NCBI GenBank assembly: GCA_964016885.1
Contig: OZ024741.1
Coordinates: 80,228,001-80,292,000 of the forward strand
Reading direction: 5' to 3'
Source of the DNA: Eledone cirrhosa
Taxonomy: Eukaryota
Length of the DNA stretch: 64,000 bases
Below, piece after piece: positions 13,380-28,014 of this stretch. A model generated the notes under the pieces. It worked only from the letters and a program-made list of their open reading frames with translations, was not told where the DNA came from and did no database searches. The stretch's first letter is position 1, and each line of letters opens with the position of its first letter. Made by a program: the position numbers and the translations under genes.

Positions 13380-14100
13380 AACGAGGTAAACTTCGATTAG
13401 ACCAGTTTTAACATGACATTCTTCAGTCTCATTTATGCTCAGTTTTTTTGTTCTTTATTTTTTTTTTTTTTTTTTGCGGGGGATGATTTTTTTCAAAATT
13501 CCTGTTGTTGTTTCTAATTTCTCCTCGCATTCTATCCGTTTGAGATTAGGAGGCGGACTAATCCTTAAACAATGAGATGTAAAGATGTTTAAAGAAAGGT
13601 TTATGTCCTCATGATTACTTATCACTTCAGTCTGTGTTGGCTTTCTTGAAGAAAGAAAACCGTTTTTCAATTTGTCGTTTTACACATTTCTGTATTAACT
13701 ATTTTTGTAGTCCAAAATTGAATATTATTATATAGTTTTCTAATTGCATAAAATCCTAACAACATGTGTTGGTGGTAAACATAACCTTTCTACATCAAAT
13801 TTGGAGAGGTGTATTCTAAATTCAGTCATATTATAACTATAGAATATTACTGGAACAGCTTCTTTGGACAACTGCTTTATATATTAATATAATGTATCTA
13901 TAATATTCTTTCTAAATCCATCTTCAATATCGCTTGTGTTGAAATGGTTTCCTGCTGTAGACCAGGTGCTGCGTTTGTTAATTTGAACAAATCTTGTGTC
14001 CATATTTCTCTTCAGACTGCTTCTTTAACTAAGAATTCATTCTAACCTGTGTTGCATTAATTTCTAATTACCTTTACCTAGTTCTGGATGGAATTTGTTT
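13380..14100 (-). mobile_element. Degenerate R4/Dong-like LINE relic
   Basis: Minus-strand HLSKFDVERLCLP resembles HPKADVDRLYLPR; AVPVIFYSY-like motif; homologous to 9300-10700. Confidence 0.45.
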
Positions 14101-15069
14101 TCGGTTATAATCAAATTGCATTTCTTCTTCTTCTTCTTCTTCTTCTTATGGTGGTGATGGTTTTATTGTGGATTTTCATACTGATTAATTCTTTGCAATT
14201 TAAGAGTCTTTTGTTTCGGGTATTCTTTTTTTATGCGATTACTTCTTTTTATGTTATATTTCTTGTATTTCTCTCGCCATACACACTCTCTCCAAAGCGT
14301 AGAAATATCCGAGACCCCCAGTAGAGAACTGATGAGGAAAACTCCATCAGTCCCCGTTCTTGCTTTCTTCGTATTCCCACAGCATTTTAAGTTACCTTAA
14401 ATAGCAACTACACAGCCATTTCTACTCTCCATATATTTCATCATGTTTTTCGCTGTGACCATTCTCCTCTCGCTATTTCGCTATTTTCTACTCTCACCCT
14501 CTTTCTTCTCCTCCCTTTCTCCCTATCTACTCTTACCTCACTTTCTTCCTCTCCCTTTCACTTTCACCCCCTCGCCTGACCGTTTAGCAGTTCTCTTCTC
14601 ACTTACAACTACGGCGATCAGTCTGAACTTAAGTTCTCTTATCGAGTGGTCTTGGATTTCCTACCTATAGTTGCTCGCATATTGCTCGGTTTGTTGTTTT
14701 TTTTCCCTGTTTTGTTACTGTAGTGGAGTTGATTTATCCGTTCCCCCAAATTAGCTGGCTTTGTGTTTAAAATAGAAATCAATAGTATTCGTTCAAATTT
14801 TCATCTCGTCTAAATCTTTAATTTCATCGGTATTATTGTTTTGAAGTTAACGTTATCTTTGACAGATTCTTTTGTCAAATAATTTCGACGATTTTTTTCA
14901 TAATATTACATAAATCTAGGGTAAAACCTATTCAAAGTTAATTGAAATAGCATCAGAAACACAAATATTGCCATCCAATACTTAGTCAAATTTAAGGGCA
15001 GCTTCAAAATCACAATAGATAAATGAAACGTATTCTTTTTATATTTCAGAAAACCATTGTGAGCCTAAA

Positions 15070-15590
15070 GTGCCGGTATTTTTCAGTAATTCGATCGTAG
15101 TCGTGATAATTGGGAAATTTAACTCGAAAGTTTTAGTACGCATTTCAAAGCATATAACATTGTCGACGATGATAAACAGAAATTGTATCTACGATCGAGG
15201 ATTTGTCACGAATTGACAAGATAATAAACCAACTATTCAGTTCTGGAGAACGAGACAAAATTTCTTACAAAATAATTACTGATAAATTGACCGATAATTT
15301 CAAGAAACACCTACATTATACTGATAGCGTCAAATAAATTTCTCCAATGTGTAATGAAAACGGATCAATCATATAATGATTGGAAAATTAAGATGCGATC
15401 ATTCACATGAGATTGTAAACTCGAAGATAATGCTTTGAATATCGTCTGATTCGTGATGGAAATGTCACGTTTACAGCACACGAACAAGTACGACGTGCTT
15501 CTTTTTGTGAGGAAAATCTATCGCTCGTTGGCGCATTAAAAGTTGCGGAATCTATTGTTCGTGCTAAAGAATCCGAATAACTGCTTAGTA
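15070..15590 (+). pseudogene. Gypsy-type LTR retrotransposon gag relic
   Basis: Translates as FDRSRDNWEI*LESFSTHFKAYNIVDDDKQKLYL ... LIRD ... NLSLVGALKVAESI, with in-frame stops and no LTRs seen. Confidence 0.6.
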
Positions 15591-15868
15591 GTACAATGAT
15601 ATCAACCATATTAATGATATTTCGTCGAATTGTATTAGAAATAATAAACCTAGAACCACGCGTGTTCTAAATTCAAATAAAAATTATATAAAACCAAATA
15701 GCCGATAGACATTTGTAAAATATTGTATCGGTCGCAAAAGAAATATTTGTCCTCAATGAAATTAGCTCCAGGATAGATTTGTGATCTCTGTGGTTCATAG
15801 AGACCTAGATATTAATTCAGATCCCACCTGACCACATGATATTGCAAGGTCACATATGCACACACCAC

Positions 15869-16065
15869 CAGTGCCGGATTTAGACAAATGAGGCCCTGTG
15901 CTAGTTAAGATATAAGGCCTCTCACTTGGGCCCAAGATATAAGGCCTCTCACTTGGGCCCTGAAGGAGGTAAAAAACAATTTTCGCAGGAAGATCCCTCC
16001 CCCCTCCCCAGCCAACGGGGCCCTGTGCTTAAGCACACCTGAGCACAATGGTAAATCCGACACTG
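15869..16065. mobile_element. hAT-type MITE (197 bp)
   Basis: TIRs CAGTGCCGGATTTA / TAAATCCGACACTG; 8-bp TSD CACACCAC on both sides; internal 27-bp duplication. Confidence 0.9.
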
Positions 16066-18399
16066 CACACCACCAGCCAGTATTAGGCCACAAAGGTGAT
16101 GACAACCCACGAGTCAACGTCAGTACTGATATCTCTTGTCGTGGCACTTGTATTTTTTATCCCACGTACTTCGGCACCATCGCCTAGGCATGTATTTAGA
16201 GCACGAGCTATGGCTTACCTTCTCCAATCATCCACGACTTTAAAGGCGGTGCAAATTTCAATATGCACTGCCTCAGTTGCAGGAGTATACATCTTGCCAA
16301 TCATCGGTTAGAACTCCTTCCAACTCCTCTTTTTGCGATGAGGGGAGGATCATATTAAAATCTATTATAAAACAGATTAACTGCTACCATCATTTTGGCT
16401 GGTACCTCTTCTTTCAACAACTAAAGCCATTTTGAACCACGAATAAACAATGCAAATAGCTTCCAGGCAAAAAAGATATACATGGTTTAAAATACTGTTT
16501 CATCAAACCTTTTATTCTCTTCCGAGGCAATGAGGCGGATGTTCAAATTATTCCGGAATCTTTTGTTGCTAAAAAGAATAAACGAAAAACGTTTTTCCTC
16601 TTAGCAGAGCTCTATAAACGTGTCCACCAGTTCTTCGTTTGTTTGACTGTTAAATGTAAACTCTAATGTAACTTTAGAAAGATGAGCTCCTCTCCATATA
16701 TTTTACTTGCCTTCATTTGGGGTATATACTTTTTTTTTTCCTTACTGTTCCTATATCCAGCTGTCTTCTATTTATTTCCATATCCTCCTCTATGTTATAA
16801 AACAAAGGGATGGCACTGATAATTTCCATCTTGCTTGGCTCTTGGGAACAGAAAAAGAGGAGATTTCATCTGATATATATTCAGAGCTGCAACTGATAGT
16901 AGATATTGCTGTCCTTTTCTTTTCACTTCTGTAGTTCTTCTTGACAGAAAGTCTTTAAATGACTTTTACTGCCGAATGTGAAGTAGCTGGATTTTCTGCT
17001 CTGCACGAATAAATTTAAAGCTATGTTCTCTCCACCCACTATAGTGCATATCTCTATTATCACATTATAGTCTTCAGGGGAGTGGGGGTGGGGGGGTTGT
17101 CATCAAAATTCTTATGTCCATACTGACCCCAACCTGATCAATCATCATTGGCTACCTATTAATCTGATGCTAAAGAAAGAGACAATGAACCAAAGACAAC
17201 ATCGTTTCCAATGTCTATCTCAGCTCATCATCAGTTTTGAGCATTAAACATATAGTTACAAATAATCTGTCTACCCAATAGAGAAGATTTCATTGGTCAA
17301 GTCTACTTCCAGCTCTTATTTTCAAGGCACATGGATAGCCCCTGTAATCTTGGAAATGCAAAAATAAGTCCATTCCTTTCCAGGATTATTCTGACACACA
17401 ATAGTCAAATGTCTTCTTCCAGTTCTTATGACCAGGTTGCAATCACATAATTAGAGAAGGCTAATTTCGCCACACCAATCCCTCCTCTTTTCATCTCTGC
17501 CTCCATGAATTTTCCCCGACCCCTATCCCTGGCCAAGATAACAATTTCTTAAATACTTATGCCATAGTTCAAGTTACTCCGTATCATGAGTCAGAGATTA
17601 TTTTTAGACATTACCCAAAATTCTATTCAAGAAAACTAAAATATACCTCAGTGAACAAAACCATGTTAATTGTTCCATTTGGATTATAAAAAATATATTC
17701 AAGAAATGTCAATTGATTCAATTAATGTGAAGAAATTTTTTAAATGTTTCAGACATGCTGGCATAAAAATAAAAGACAAATAAGATGGATTGGAAAACTA
17801 AAGGATTTCATTTAAAACATTTCCATTTTAGTTTTGTGGAAAATAATACAGCTTCATTTTTTTATAACAAGTGCAATTGAGCAGCTTGTATGTTGTCTTC
17901 AGTGTCCAACTGAGTTCTGTATTATTTTTCAAATATCCAAGTTGTTGAGAAATAAAAAAAAAGTTGACAAGAATTATTGTGAATCAGTTTTCAATTTCAC
18001 AAGAATTAAAATGGATCAGTTTTCAAGCTTGCAAGGATTATAATAGATTCATTTTCAAATTCACAAGTATAAGTACTGAAATATAAAAAGAAATGTCATA
18101 AAAAGAGCAGAGAAATAAAATTTATAAGAAATGTTAAAGAACTAGAGAATTTGAATGAAATAACATTTTGCTTTAGATTTTGAATAATGTTTTATCTTTG
18201 ATAGAACAAAATTAAAATTAGGGTTGTTTGATGTCAGAGAAACCCAGATGCAATTGTCAGGGCCCAATAGATTTTTGTATTTTGTTTTCAATTTCACAAA
18301 TGTAAAAAATTATTTTTCACGAAGGTAACCTAATCAGGAGCAGTGGAAAATTTTCAGGGAGCATTATAGCTTGATATTAGAACAAGCTGAAGTTTAGAG

Positions 18400-18860
18400 A
18401 GCTAGTACCTCTGTCAGCAACAAAGGGCTTCTCTCTCAGAATGACTATATGATACATACATGAATACTGTACTGTTACATGGCAGTGAGACATCGGCCTT
18501 GACTGCAGAAGATCTGCAAAGTATAGAAATAATTGAAGTGAGTATGCTCCGATGGATGTCTAACATTAGTGTGCATAAATGATGTAGCATAAGTGAGCTG
18601 AGAGAAAAACTAAGCATAATAGGAATTAAATGTGGTCTACAAGAGAAAAACTACATTGGTATGGACATGTGATGTGTATAGAAGATGACAGCTGTATAAA
18701 GAAGAGCAGAGGAATCTCAATGGATGAGACTCATGGAAGAGGTAGACCTGAGAAGACATGGGATGATATAATGAAGGACTGACTTTAGGAAACTGGACCT
18801 CTGGCAGAGATGACAAAAGACCACAATAATTGTGAACATGATGTACTGGAGAAGACTAAC
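18400..18860 (+). mobile_element. Degenerate RTE LINE 3' fragment
   Basis: Homologous to 41069-41595 (HGSET, WYGHV, GRGRPxKTW motifs); a smaller piece lies at 21005-21180. Confidence 0.75.
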
Positions 18861-20069
18861 ATATAAATATAAGTATGTGAATGTGATCTGACCCATTCAT
18901 TGCTCCTTAGTAACATTTCCCACCCCTATTCTCTCCAGGGTCACTCTCACCTCGATTTCTTCCTCATATCACCCTGTTAAATCCCACCACACTAAGTCGT
19001 AGCTCCTTAGTAACCGTTTTCATCCTCACTAACACTCTCCACACTATTTGAGATCGCCCTCGGCCTTTTCCCTGTGAAATTCCACCACAATTGTTATACA
19101 CCCATCGACATTCCCTGCTTTAAATCCCACCACAATTTTCACATACACATAACATCACACTACCATCCTCCCTTCTCAAGCACCTACTGTCACTAATCCT
19201 TGACATTATACTTATGCTTTCTTAACCCCTTCCCCCTAAACACACCTCATTTGAGACACATCCTCATTATCCTCTCTTCCCCATAGGATAGTGAGAGCTC
19301 TTCAGTCAAATAAATTGCTAACAACTCTCTAGTGTTGGTGCCTCAAAAAATGCACCCAGTGTACCATGTAAAGCAGATGGCATTAGGAAGGCATCCAGCC
19401 ATAGAAAATATGCCAAACAAAGGACTGAGAGAACTCTTCAGATATGACAAAAACATGATAACCTACCTAATGCTGGTGCTGTTATAAAATGCACCCAGTA
19501 CACTCTGGAATGTTTGAAAGTGTATATAAGTGAGATGTAGTATCCAGCCCATCTGAGAAATAAGTAACCCCAATTAAGAACTGACTTGATCTGTGATAAC
19601 CCGTCAAACTCTTGCTAGCAGGGAAAACAGACGTTAAATGTTGACTTTAATGATGATGTGTATTGTTGCAAAAGTCAAGTATTTTTGTCACTTTGACATA
19701 GACATATTCAATTTTTAAAGCCTTTGCAGTTTTTCCCTCCGAAAATGGTGAAAGATCTGCCTAGTTCTGAAATGCAATGAATGCTTGACTGTTGAAGTGA
19801 AATCAAAGAAGTGCCTCTACCAGTCCTTCAGTCTCATCAAGCACATCATTCTAATGAAATACACTTTATTTGAATTACTTAATGAAGAAATTAAAGGGAT
19901 ATAATAAAATTATTAATTATTTCATTACTAAGGATGTCTTTGTAACATAACTTAACAAAAGGTTCTTATATCAAATTACGTTGGAAAATTTTAATTTGAA
20001 TATGAACACTAAAATGAGTGATTTTGTTTCATAGGACCAGAGACAGTTTTGGGTGGATTAGTATCAAAA

Positions 20070-20330
20070 GTGTTAAAAGGATTCAGAATCCAATAGACAA
20101 TATATGAATCAAGCTCTTGAAAATAATTGTAGAAACGCTGTTTGAGTTTGTTAAAATGTCTTGTAACTGACTCCTTGATGTTACCAAGTCTGATATCATC
20201 ACAATCTTCTAAAACATCAGCTAGTTTTAGAAAGACGAGTATCTTGTTTCAACCGTCTTTCAGGTTCCAGTACAGCTTGCTAAAATCACATTGATGTATT
20301 CCCTTGCAATTTCTTGTTCCATTCATTGAC
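20070..20330 (-). pseudogene. hAT/Buster (ZBED5/SCAND3-like) transposase fragment
   Basis: Minus frame reads NKKLQG...FLKLADVLEDCDDIRLGNIKESVTRHFNKLKQRFYNYFQELDSYIVYWILNPF. Confidence 0.65.
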
Positions 20331-22217
20331 ATAATCAAAGCTATAATTTAATATATAAATCAAAGATAAATATCAAAATGAGTTTAAATAATCTACTGTT
20401 TAGTTACAAAATAAATAATGAAGAAATGAATATTTTTTTTACAAAAAGTAACAGTAAAATTTATAAATGTTTTTAAAATGTTTGATGAAATAATTGAAAA
20501 TGAAATATATAATTATAATTTATTCAAAAAGTAAATTAGGGCATTGAAATGATTAAAATATTTTGTAGCTTTGTAATTTTATTTTCAAAGAATTTAAGTA
20601 TAATTGCAACCATTATTCTTTACTTTTCTTGTGTAACTATGAATTGCTTATCATAACCTCAGGTGTGTACACACATTACTTTGGAAGCTTCTTATATTTA
20701 TTCATAACCAAATATTAAAAGATATTTATATAAACTTTTTTTATATAATATATTTTATCAATTGATAATTGATAAAAAGTTATGGATAACTCAAACTATA
20801 AAAAATAAAGCTCTTTTTATACCTTTGATAGATGAATTATTGTTACTGCACTATTGATCTTTCTTAGCACTTTATATATGAAATATGAATGCAATAGATG
20901 CAGTAGATTTGATTTTTTAAATGATTACTCGTTAAAATTTTTACACCTCACTAATATAAAGCTGTATATAAAATATAGTTTTGCACTCATAAAAGTCAAT
21001 TAATATGTGATGTGTATGTAAGATGGCAGCTGTATAAAGAAATGGAGAGAAATCTCAGTGGCTAGGATGCATGGAAGATGGCAGACCCAAAAAAACTTAG
21101 GATGAAGTAGTGAAGACTAACTTTCAAAAGCTGAACCTCACAATGGAGATGTAAAAGGGCCCCGAGAATTAGCATTATGCTGTGATCTAACTCATCATCC
21201 TGTCCCCCAACCCTCCACTAGCACTCCTTAGTAGCAACCCTCCCAATAGCCTGTCTTAGCTATACTCTCCATCAGTACACCCACCCCCTAAATTCCCACA
21301 CACAGATGAGTACTCCATCAACCTGACATTATTGACCACCCCATCCACACCCTCGCCACTATTACTACTTAGCTATTCTCACCATCACTACATTCCCCCT
21401 CTAAAATCCTGACACACCTGTGACTACTACCTCTATACTGACAGAGATTGTCCCTTCCCTTCCTATTGTCAAATCCCAGCACACTTGCCATATACCCATA
21501 TCATACTTATCTTCCTTCTCTACCCTGAAGAACAGAGATGGGACAATAACTGGCAATCTCTCTAGTGCTGATGCAACTAAAATGCACCCAGTATATTCTG
21601 TAAGGTGGTTGGCACTATGAAGGGCACCCTGCTAAAAAGGGTTGGGAGGTTCCTTCAATTGTGTCAAATACATGGCAACCTTCCTAGTGTTGGTGAGCTA
21701 TACAAAAAACACACCCAGTTCAACCTGAAAGTGGTTGGTGATAGGAAGAGCATCCAGCCATAGAAAACCTACCAATGGGTCAGAAGGACCCTTCAGTTGT
21801 GTCAAAGACATAATGTCCCTAATGCTGGTGTTATGATAAAATGCCCTCGGTGGTGTGAGGGACTGTACAAAAGTGGGATGTGGCTCCCATCCTATTTGAG
21901 AGGTCAGTAGCTTCACTTGAGTATTGACTCAGTGTGTGAAGATCCATCCAACTCTTATTAGTAAAGAAAACGAATTAATGATGAGGACAAGGATTATGAG
22001 AACTAAATGCTGTGCTCCGCTCCCTTTAGTCTGCTCTTTCACAGTACCCACCTCCCATCAACTCTTGCACAAACACACTTGCACTATTAATTAGTTACAT
22101 CAACACGACCATAGATACTTATAAACATTTAATTACACTTACGCTTCTAATTAACTAATTAATTATACTAACACAACTAAACAACTAACATAACACTCCT
22201 ATACTATCAGTATATAC

Positions 22218-22845
22218 ACACAACCACCACCACCACCACTACCAACACTACCAACACCATCAAAACCACGACCACCACCACCACTACTTCCCCCACCACC
22301 ATCACCACCACCACCACCACCACTACAGCTACCACCACCACCAGCACCACCATCACCACCACCTTCACCACCATCATCACCACAGCAACCACCACCACCA
22401 ACACCACCACTACCAACACTACCACCACCACCACCACCACAACCACCACAACCACCACCACCACCACCATCACCACCACCACAACCACCACAACCACAAC
22501 AGCTACCACCACCATAAACACCACCACCATCACCACCACCACCATCACCACCACCACACACAACCACCACCATCACCACCACCACCATCACCACCATCAC
22601 CACCACAACCACCACCACCACCACCACAGCCGGCACAACCACCACCACCACAGCAACCACCACCACCACAGCTACCACCACCACAACTACAACCACCATC
22701 ACCACCACCACAACCACAATCACCACCACCACCATAGCTACCACCACGACCACCACCACAACCACCACCATCACCAGCAACCACCATCACCACCACCACC
22801 ACAACCACCACCACCACCACAGCTACCACCACCACCACCACAATC
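22218..22845. repeat. Degenerate (ACC)n trinucleotide array
   Basis: About 630 bp of ACC/ATC/ACA; the poly-V and poly-G ORFs here are artefacts of the repeat. Confidence 0.95.
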
Positions 22846-23073
22846 AGGCACAACACGTTGCCCTCACAATGACCCTTATAACACTCCTACTTCCTCATTC
22901 TTTGTCACCAAACCTTCACCCACAATTCTAAGTATGTTACACAGCCAACCCACCTACTGTCCTCTGGCCACTCCCTGAAATAGCACAGCTTTGACCACTA
23001 CACACCATTCTATAGTACACTTCGATTTGAACCCTAGATTCTACCACACATGGATACAGTCATACAAGCTTAT

Positions 23074-23159
<86 letters not shown>

Positions 23160-23839
23160 TCATACATAAACATACACATTTGTATTACACAGACGCACAC
23201 ATAAAAATACATTAAAAATTCGCAGATACATGTAGATACATATACGCGCACGCTTTCATCAACGGTACACAAAACATGCACACACACACACATAAAGGAG
23301 AAATAATGCACAGCCACAAAATGCACTCCATCTGCACACATGCAACAGTACCAATGATACACTTGGACTCTCCATCTCGGCCCCCACCCCTGCACATCAG
23401 ACTAGTCATCTTCTCTTTTCACTCATCTTAAAAAAAACGTTTCTTTTTTTTTTTTAACAAACCATTTTTGTAACCTGCTTTCACTCCGAACTTTACTCCT
23501 TTCTGATAAAGGACGTATGTCTGATACGTTTAGACATTTATTTTCCTCCTTTTTCTTATATCTTTATCTTCATTCCCAAGCATTAACCTGATAAGACTAT
23601 GTGTTTTTGCATCTCTGTGTTTGTCTGGTGCTACAACAAAATGCAACCAGTACAACTCAGTAAAGTGATAATGTTAGTGGCTCTAAACACTGCACCTAGT
23701 ATGCCATAGAAACCATGAAATGTGGAACATATGAGCATGACCTGTCTAGTCTTGAACAGAGACAACCCATCCAACCCATGCCAGTATGGAGGGTGGATGT
23801 AAAATGATAATGATGATGATGATAATGGTGTATACATAT

Positions 23840-24350
23840 ATAATAAAGAGGGTGTGGTAAGATATCAGGTGAACCATAACGCACCAGAGTACTCAATACT
23901 TAGGGTAGTAGAGTAGGTAATAGGAAAAGAGTCGGGACCCCGACGGCTGAACTCTGGCCATTTCAACAGCTAGATCCAAACTAAACCACCAGTATTAGAA
24001 TGGCAGGAATCTAGCTGAACTTATCAAGGGGTACAGTCCATATATGGGTATGCAGTCAAAACAAAAAAAGAAGAAATATCTAAGCCAAAAAATCCTGAAA
24101 ATTTGTTTTTTTTCTTGTCTGTCATGGGGAGTGGGCAATGATCTGGGATGTCATGTACATAGTTAAATTATTTCATAGTGGGGGGGGGGGTGAAAAGGTC
24201 TGAAGAACAAAGGGGAACGAGTAAGAAGGCAGTCTGACCTGTGGATGCTAAGCCAGTCAGGCATGCACGCACAGCATTAAGAGAGGATTCTATACAACTC
24301 AGTCGTTGGGGTCCTGAAACAGTTCTAGTCTTGTAGAAGTAATAATTTCT
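23840..24350 (-). mobile_element. Family H2 element with complete but mutated hammerhead (23937-24032)
   Basis: Reverse complement reads ACCCC-uUGAUaA-stem II (CAGCUAGAUU/GAUCUAGCUG)-GAAA-UGGC..GCCGUC^GGGGU, followed by the H2 tail to (TA)n. Confidence 0.7.
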
Positions 24351-24436
24351 ATATATAATAAAGATGCCTATACCAATTTATTGAGTAGGTTTTTTAACTG
24401 TGTTTACTCCCTGAAACAACTCAGGAATATCCCTCA

Positions 24437-24517
<81 letters not shown>

Positions 24518-24852
24518 TATTCAAGGTATTAAATTTAAGAAAGACCCATACAGAGGTCAAGAATATCTATAAAAAACCTAAGGGACAAAATTAAGGATCT
24601 TCAAAAAACCAAAACAATTCTGGTGCATTCTGATAAAACCAACAACCTCTATGGTCTTGATAAAGAAGAATATAATAGGCTAATAATAAGAAAATATAGG
24701 GAAAAAAAATATAAATAAGCTTTTGAAATTGTCACCAAACTGGGGGTTGAACACCTGACTGAACCTTTCATTCCTAAAACACCGAGTATAAATATGAAAG
24801 ACCATAAAAATAACTTTGAATCAGAGCTACCTGTTAGACTTATAGTTACTAT

Positions 24853-24990
24853 AATAATTGTTTCTACTTTTGGCACAAGGCCAGCAATAATCCAGTGTAT
24901 TACTGGTACTTTATTTTATCGACCCCGTAAGGATGAAAGGCAAAGTTAACCTCGGCGGGATTTGAACTCAGAATGTCAAGGGCCGTAACT
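24853..24990 (-). mobile_element. SINE family A (5'-truncated) inserted in the Penelope relic
   Basis: Reverse complement of the family A B box and tail. Confidence 0.8.
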
Positions 24991-25922
24991 ATGATAATGC
25001 ATTAAAGAGAGCAGGTTGCCATGATAAAATTGAGTACACAGATATTGATAAAAATATTTACACCCCACTGCATAGAAATAAACAAACAAAAGATATTAAC
25101 AAAAATATACATATGGTTTATGACAATAATGTAGGTATCCGAAACCTAAACTATAGAGTCAGGACAAATCAGATTTCGAATGGACATAACTCCTATACAA
25201 CTAACAAGTCACATAAGAGGGTTTGATCCCACTCTGTTCTGTGGTATAGTCTACCACTATCCATTGGGATTAAGAAGAACTTGGCCTGTCTTTTCTTTAA
25301 CGCACTCGTAAATGCATTCCTAGATCACATAGATACAGTAAAATCTTTAACCGACACACATTTAAACTTTCTTACTCGACTACTATTGCCCAAAATATAG
25401 CTAAAATTAACAATAGAAATCTTGGAATTAAACATAGGGAAATAACTCACAATAATAATCATATAATCATATAATCGAATTATCAACATCTCAAATAACA
25501 GTCATAATTCCATTAACATAGACGAGGGAAATCTACCGAATTATGAACACATAGTGGGCAATTTAAGTAGTAATGTAAATATTTGTAATTGTTAAAACCA
25601 TTATATGTGCCCGCTTAATAATAACTGTCTTGATCGTAACTTAGTTTGTAAATGTATAGTTAAAATGAACGATAATTCTTGTAGTTATATTGATGCTACT
25701 TCTTCTCAATTGAAAGAAAGGTGGTATAACTCATTTAAAAGAAAAGATAACAGATTTAGCACGGCCCTCTCTGAATTGATTTGGTCGCTTAAAAATGATA
25801 ATATTGAATATTCCCTTACTTGGCAGAAACTTTCTCGTGCTTTGCCTTTTGAAAATGCATCTATATCTAAGGGATGGGACCTCATTACTACAGAGATTCT
25901 CCACATCATTCAAAATAGGCAA

Positions 25923-27278
25923 TCTATATATATAAAACTGTGGTTGTCTGTCTGTCTATCGATTTTTGGCACACATCTCCTCTTAGAATCTCTCACGGAA
26001 TTGCACCGAAATTGCTATACTTGTACATTGAGCCCTAGCGAAGACATCGGAAAAAAAATATTTCAAATTGACTCACCCTATGTGACGAAATCGAATATAA
26101 TGTATCGATTTTTGAGCGTAAGTTATCAGTTATTTCCCTTTGTTCTGTTTACATTGAGCGTCTTACGTAAAAAATTACGCTGGCTTTCTCAGCGTTTAAA
26201 ATGACATTAACACAATACATTCCATTTAAAAGCATTTTAAAACAATATTTTTACTTGAAAACAAGTCTATTTAAAGACTACGTAAAACAAGCAAATATTT
26301 CGTAAAAAAAAGCAAAAATTATATAAGTTTATCTATATATATAAAACTGTGGTTGTCTGTCTGTCTATCGATTTTTGGCACACATCTCCTCTTAGAATCT
26401 CTCACGGAATTGCACCGAAATTGCTATACTTGTACATTGAGCCCTAGCGAAGACATCGGAAAAAAAATATTTCAAATTGACTCACCCTATGTGACGAAAT
26501 CGAATATAATGTATCGATTTTTGAGCGTAAGTTATCAGTTATTTCCCTTTGTTCTGTTTACATTGAGCGTCTTACGTAAAAAATTACGCTGGCTTTCTCA
26601 GCGTTTAAAATGACATTAACACAATACATTCCATTTAAAAGCATTTTAAAACAATATTTTTACTTGAAAACAAGTCTATTTAAAGACTACGTAAAACAAG
26701 CAAATATTTCGTAAAAAAAAGCAAAAATTATATAAGTTTATTTAAAATATATGTATCTGTAAATTTCGTTAGGCGTGCAGACAGATAGTCGTGCAGAGAG
26801 GTGATATACGCGTGCAGACAGATAGTCGTGCAGAGAGGTGATATAGGCGTGCAGACAGACAGTCGTGCAGAGAGGTGATATAGGCGTGCAGACAGACAGT
26901 CGTGCAGAGAGGTGATATAGTCGTGCAGACAGACAGTCGTGCAGAGAGGTGATATAGGCGTGCAGACAGACATAACTGATAATTTGGTTACGCTAATTTG
27001 GTTTCTCTGCGTTGCAGTGTTTACATTTTCGATCTTTGTTAATAAATAACCAGTGCAGTTTTTATCCCCAGCATCCTCTTTTGTTATAACATTCGGGTTA
27101 TCGTTATGTTTTCTTAACTTCATAAGGCATATTGTTGGTTGAGGGAATATTAATCAAAAACACCACATGCAAGTCTGCACAGTAGACACTACAGTTTTTA
27201 AGCCAAAAAAGAAACTTAACATTGTAACTTTAACACAGCTACTGAGCGACCCCGAGCAACGCCGGGCTTTACTGCTAG
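25923..27278 (+). mobile_element. Non-autonomous Helitron with duplicated 5' segment and internal minisatellite
   Basis: A|TCTATATATATAAAA 5' end; 3' hairpin CCCGAGCAACGCCGGG then CTAG|T; no TSD; 25923-26331 duplicated at 26332-26740; about 36-bp tandem repeat at 26770-26970. Confidence 0.88.
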
Positions 27279-27823
27279 TTAATTATAAATAAACACTCGG
27301 AAATCTTTAGTTCTTGCCTTCATAAGTTTAGCAAAATGTTTCATAGGGTATTTAGTTAAATTTTAAATAAAATTTAAATATTAAATATGTAATATAAAAT
27401 TTTTCTTTATATATAGTTTTTTTTTTTTTTTGGCTATTCTATTTTTAAATCGTTAATAAGCTAAATATAACAGATAAGTATTATAATATTTCTTCATCAT
27501 ATCTTTTACATTTATCTTAACTTTAATTAGTATATAAATGAATTAATGTTAATATAAATTGACATATTAGACTATAATACATGCCTTTTCCTTTTAAATA
27601 TGTAGGCTATAACAAATACATTTTTTGTTTTGATACAATTGATTAATCCGATATAATGATATTCTAGCCAGTTATAAATTAGCAAAGCCAATTGTTAAAT
27701 ATTTTCTTTTATTCCACTCTCATAATATCTACTAAATTAAATTGTATACATAAACTAAGATAAATTGTCTACGAAATTAGTAATTTATAAATTTTTCTTT
27801 ATTATATAGTTACATTATTAATT

Positions 27824-28014
27824 TGGTGGATTGGCAGTATCGGTAGAGAGTCGGATGCCATGCTTTGACGTATAGAGTTACGGCCCTTGCCATTCTGAGT
27901 TCAAATCCCGCCAAGGTTAACTTTTCCTTTCATCCGTACTGGGTCGATAAAATAAAGTACCAGTAATGCACTGGGCAATTGCTGGCCTTGTGCCAAAACG
28001 TAGAAACAATTATT
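27824..28014 (+). mobile_element. tRNA-derived SINE family A
   Basis: A box TGGCAGTATCGG, B box GAGTTCAAATCC and the full tail. Confidence 0.88.

Larger units (their letters stand above)
24520..27345 (+). mobile_element. Degenerate Penelope-like element (RT 3' part + GIY-YIG), interrupted by a SINE and a Helitron
   Basis: KIFNRHTFKLSYST, then CPLNNNCLDRNLVCKC..YI..TSSQLKERWYN and TALSELIWSLK. The frame resumes IINKHSEIFSSCLHK after the Helitron. Homologous to 33603-34083. Confidence 0.8.

Noticed and set aside
14300-14360. CTGATGAG motif as a hammerhead (also 9160-9215)
   Set aside because: No correctly placed GAAA, stem III or stem I pairing.
16218-17000. Minus-strand exon-like segments with good splice signals
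   Set aside because: All frames across the full segments contain stops; at best non-coding or UTR exons, unsupported without RNA data.
22199-22856. Gly/Val-rich ORFs
   Set aside because: Artefact of a degenerate (ACC)n array, with no splice or start evidence.
25605-26204. 199-aa ORF as a novel fusion gene
   Set aside because: Chance read-through from a dead Penelope GIY-YIG into an inserted Helitron.
26770-26970. CRISPR-like regular repeats (also 37100-37292 and 54975-55382)
   Set aside because: Head-to-tail minisatellites without unique spacers, in a eukaryotic context with no cas genes.
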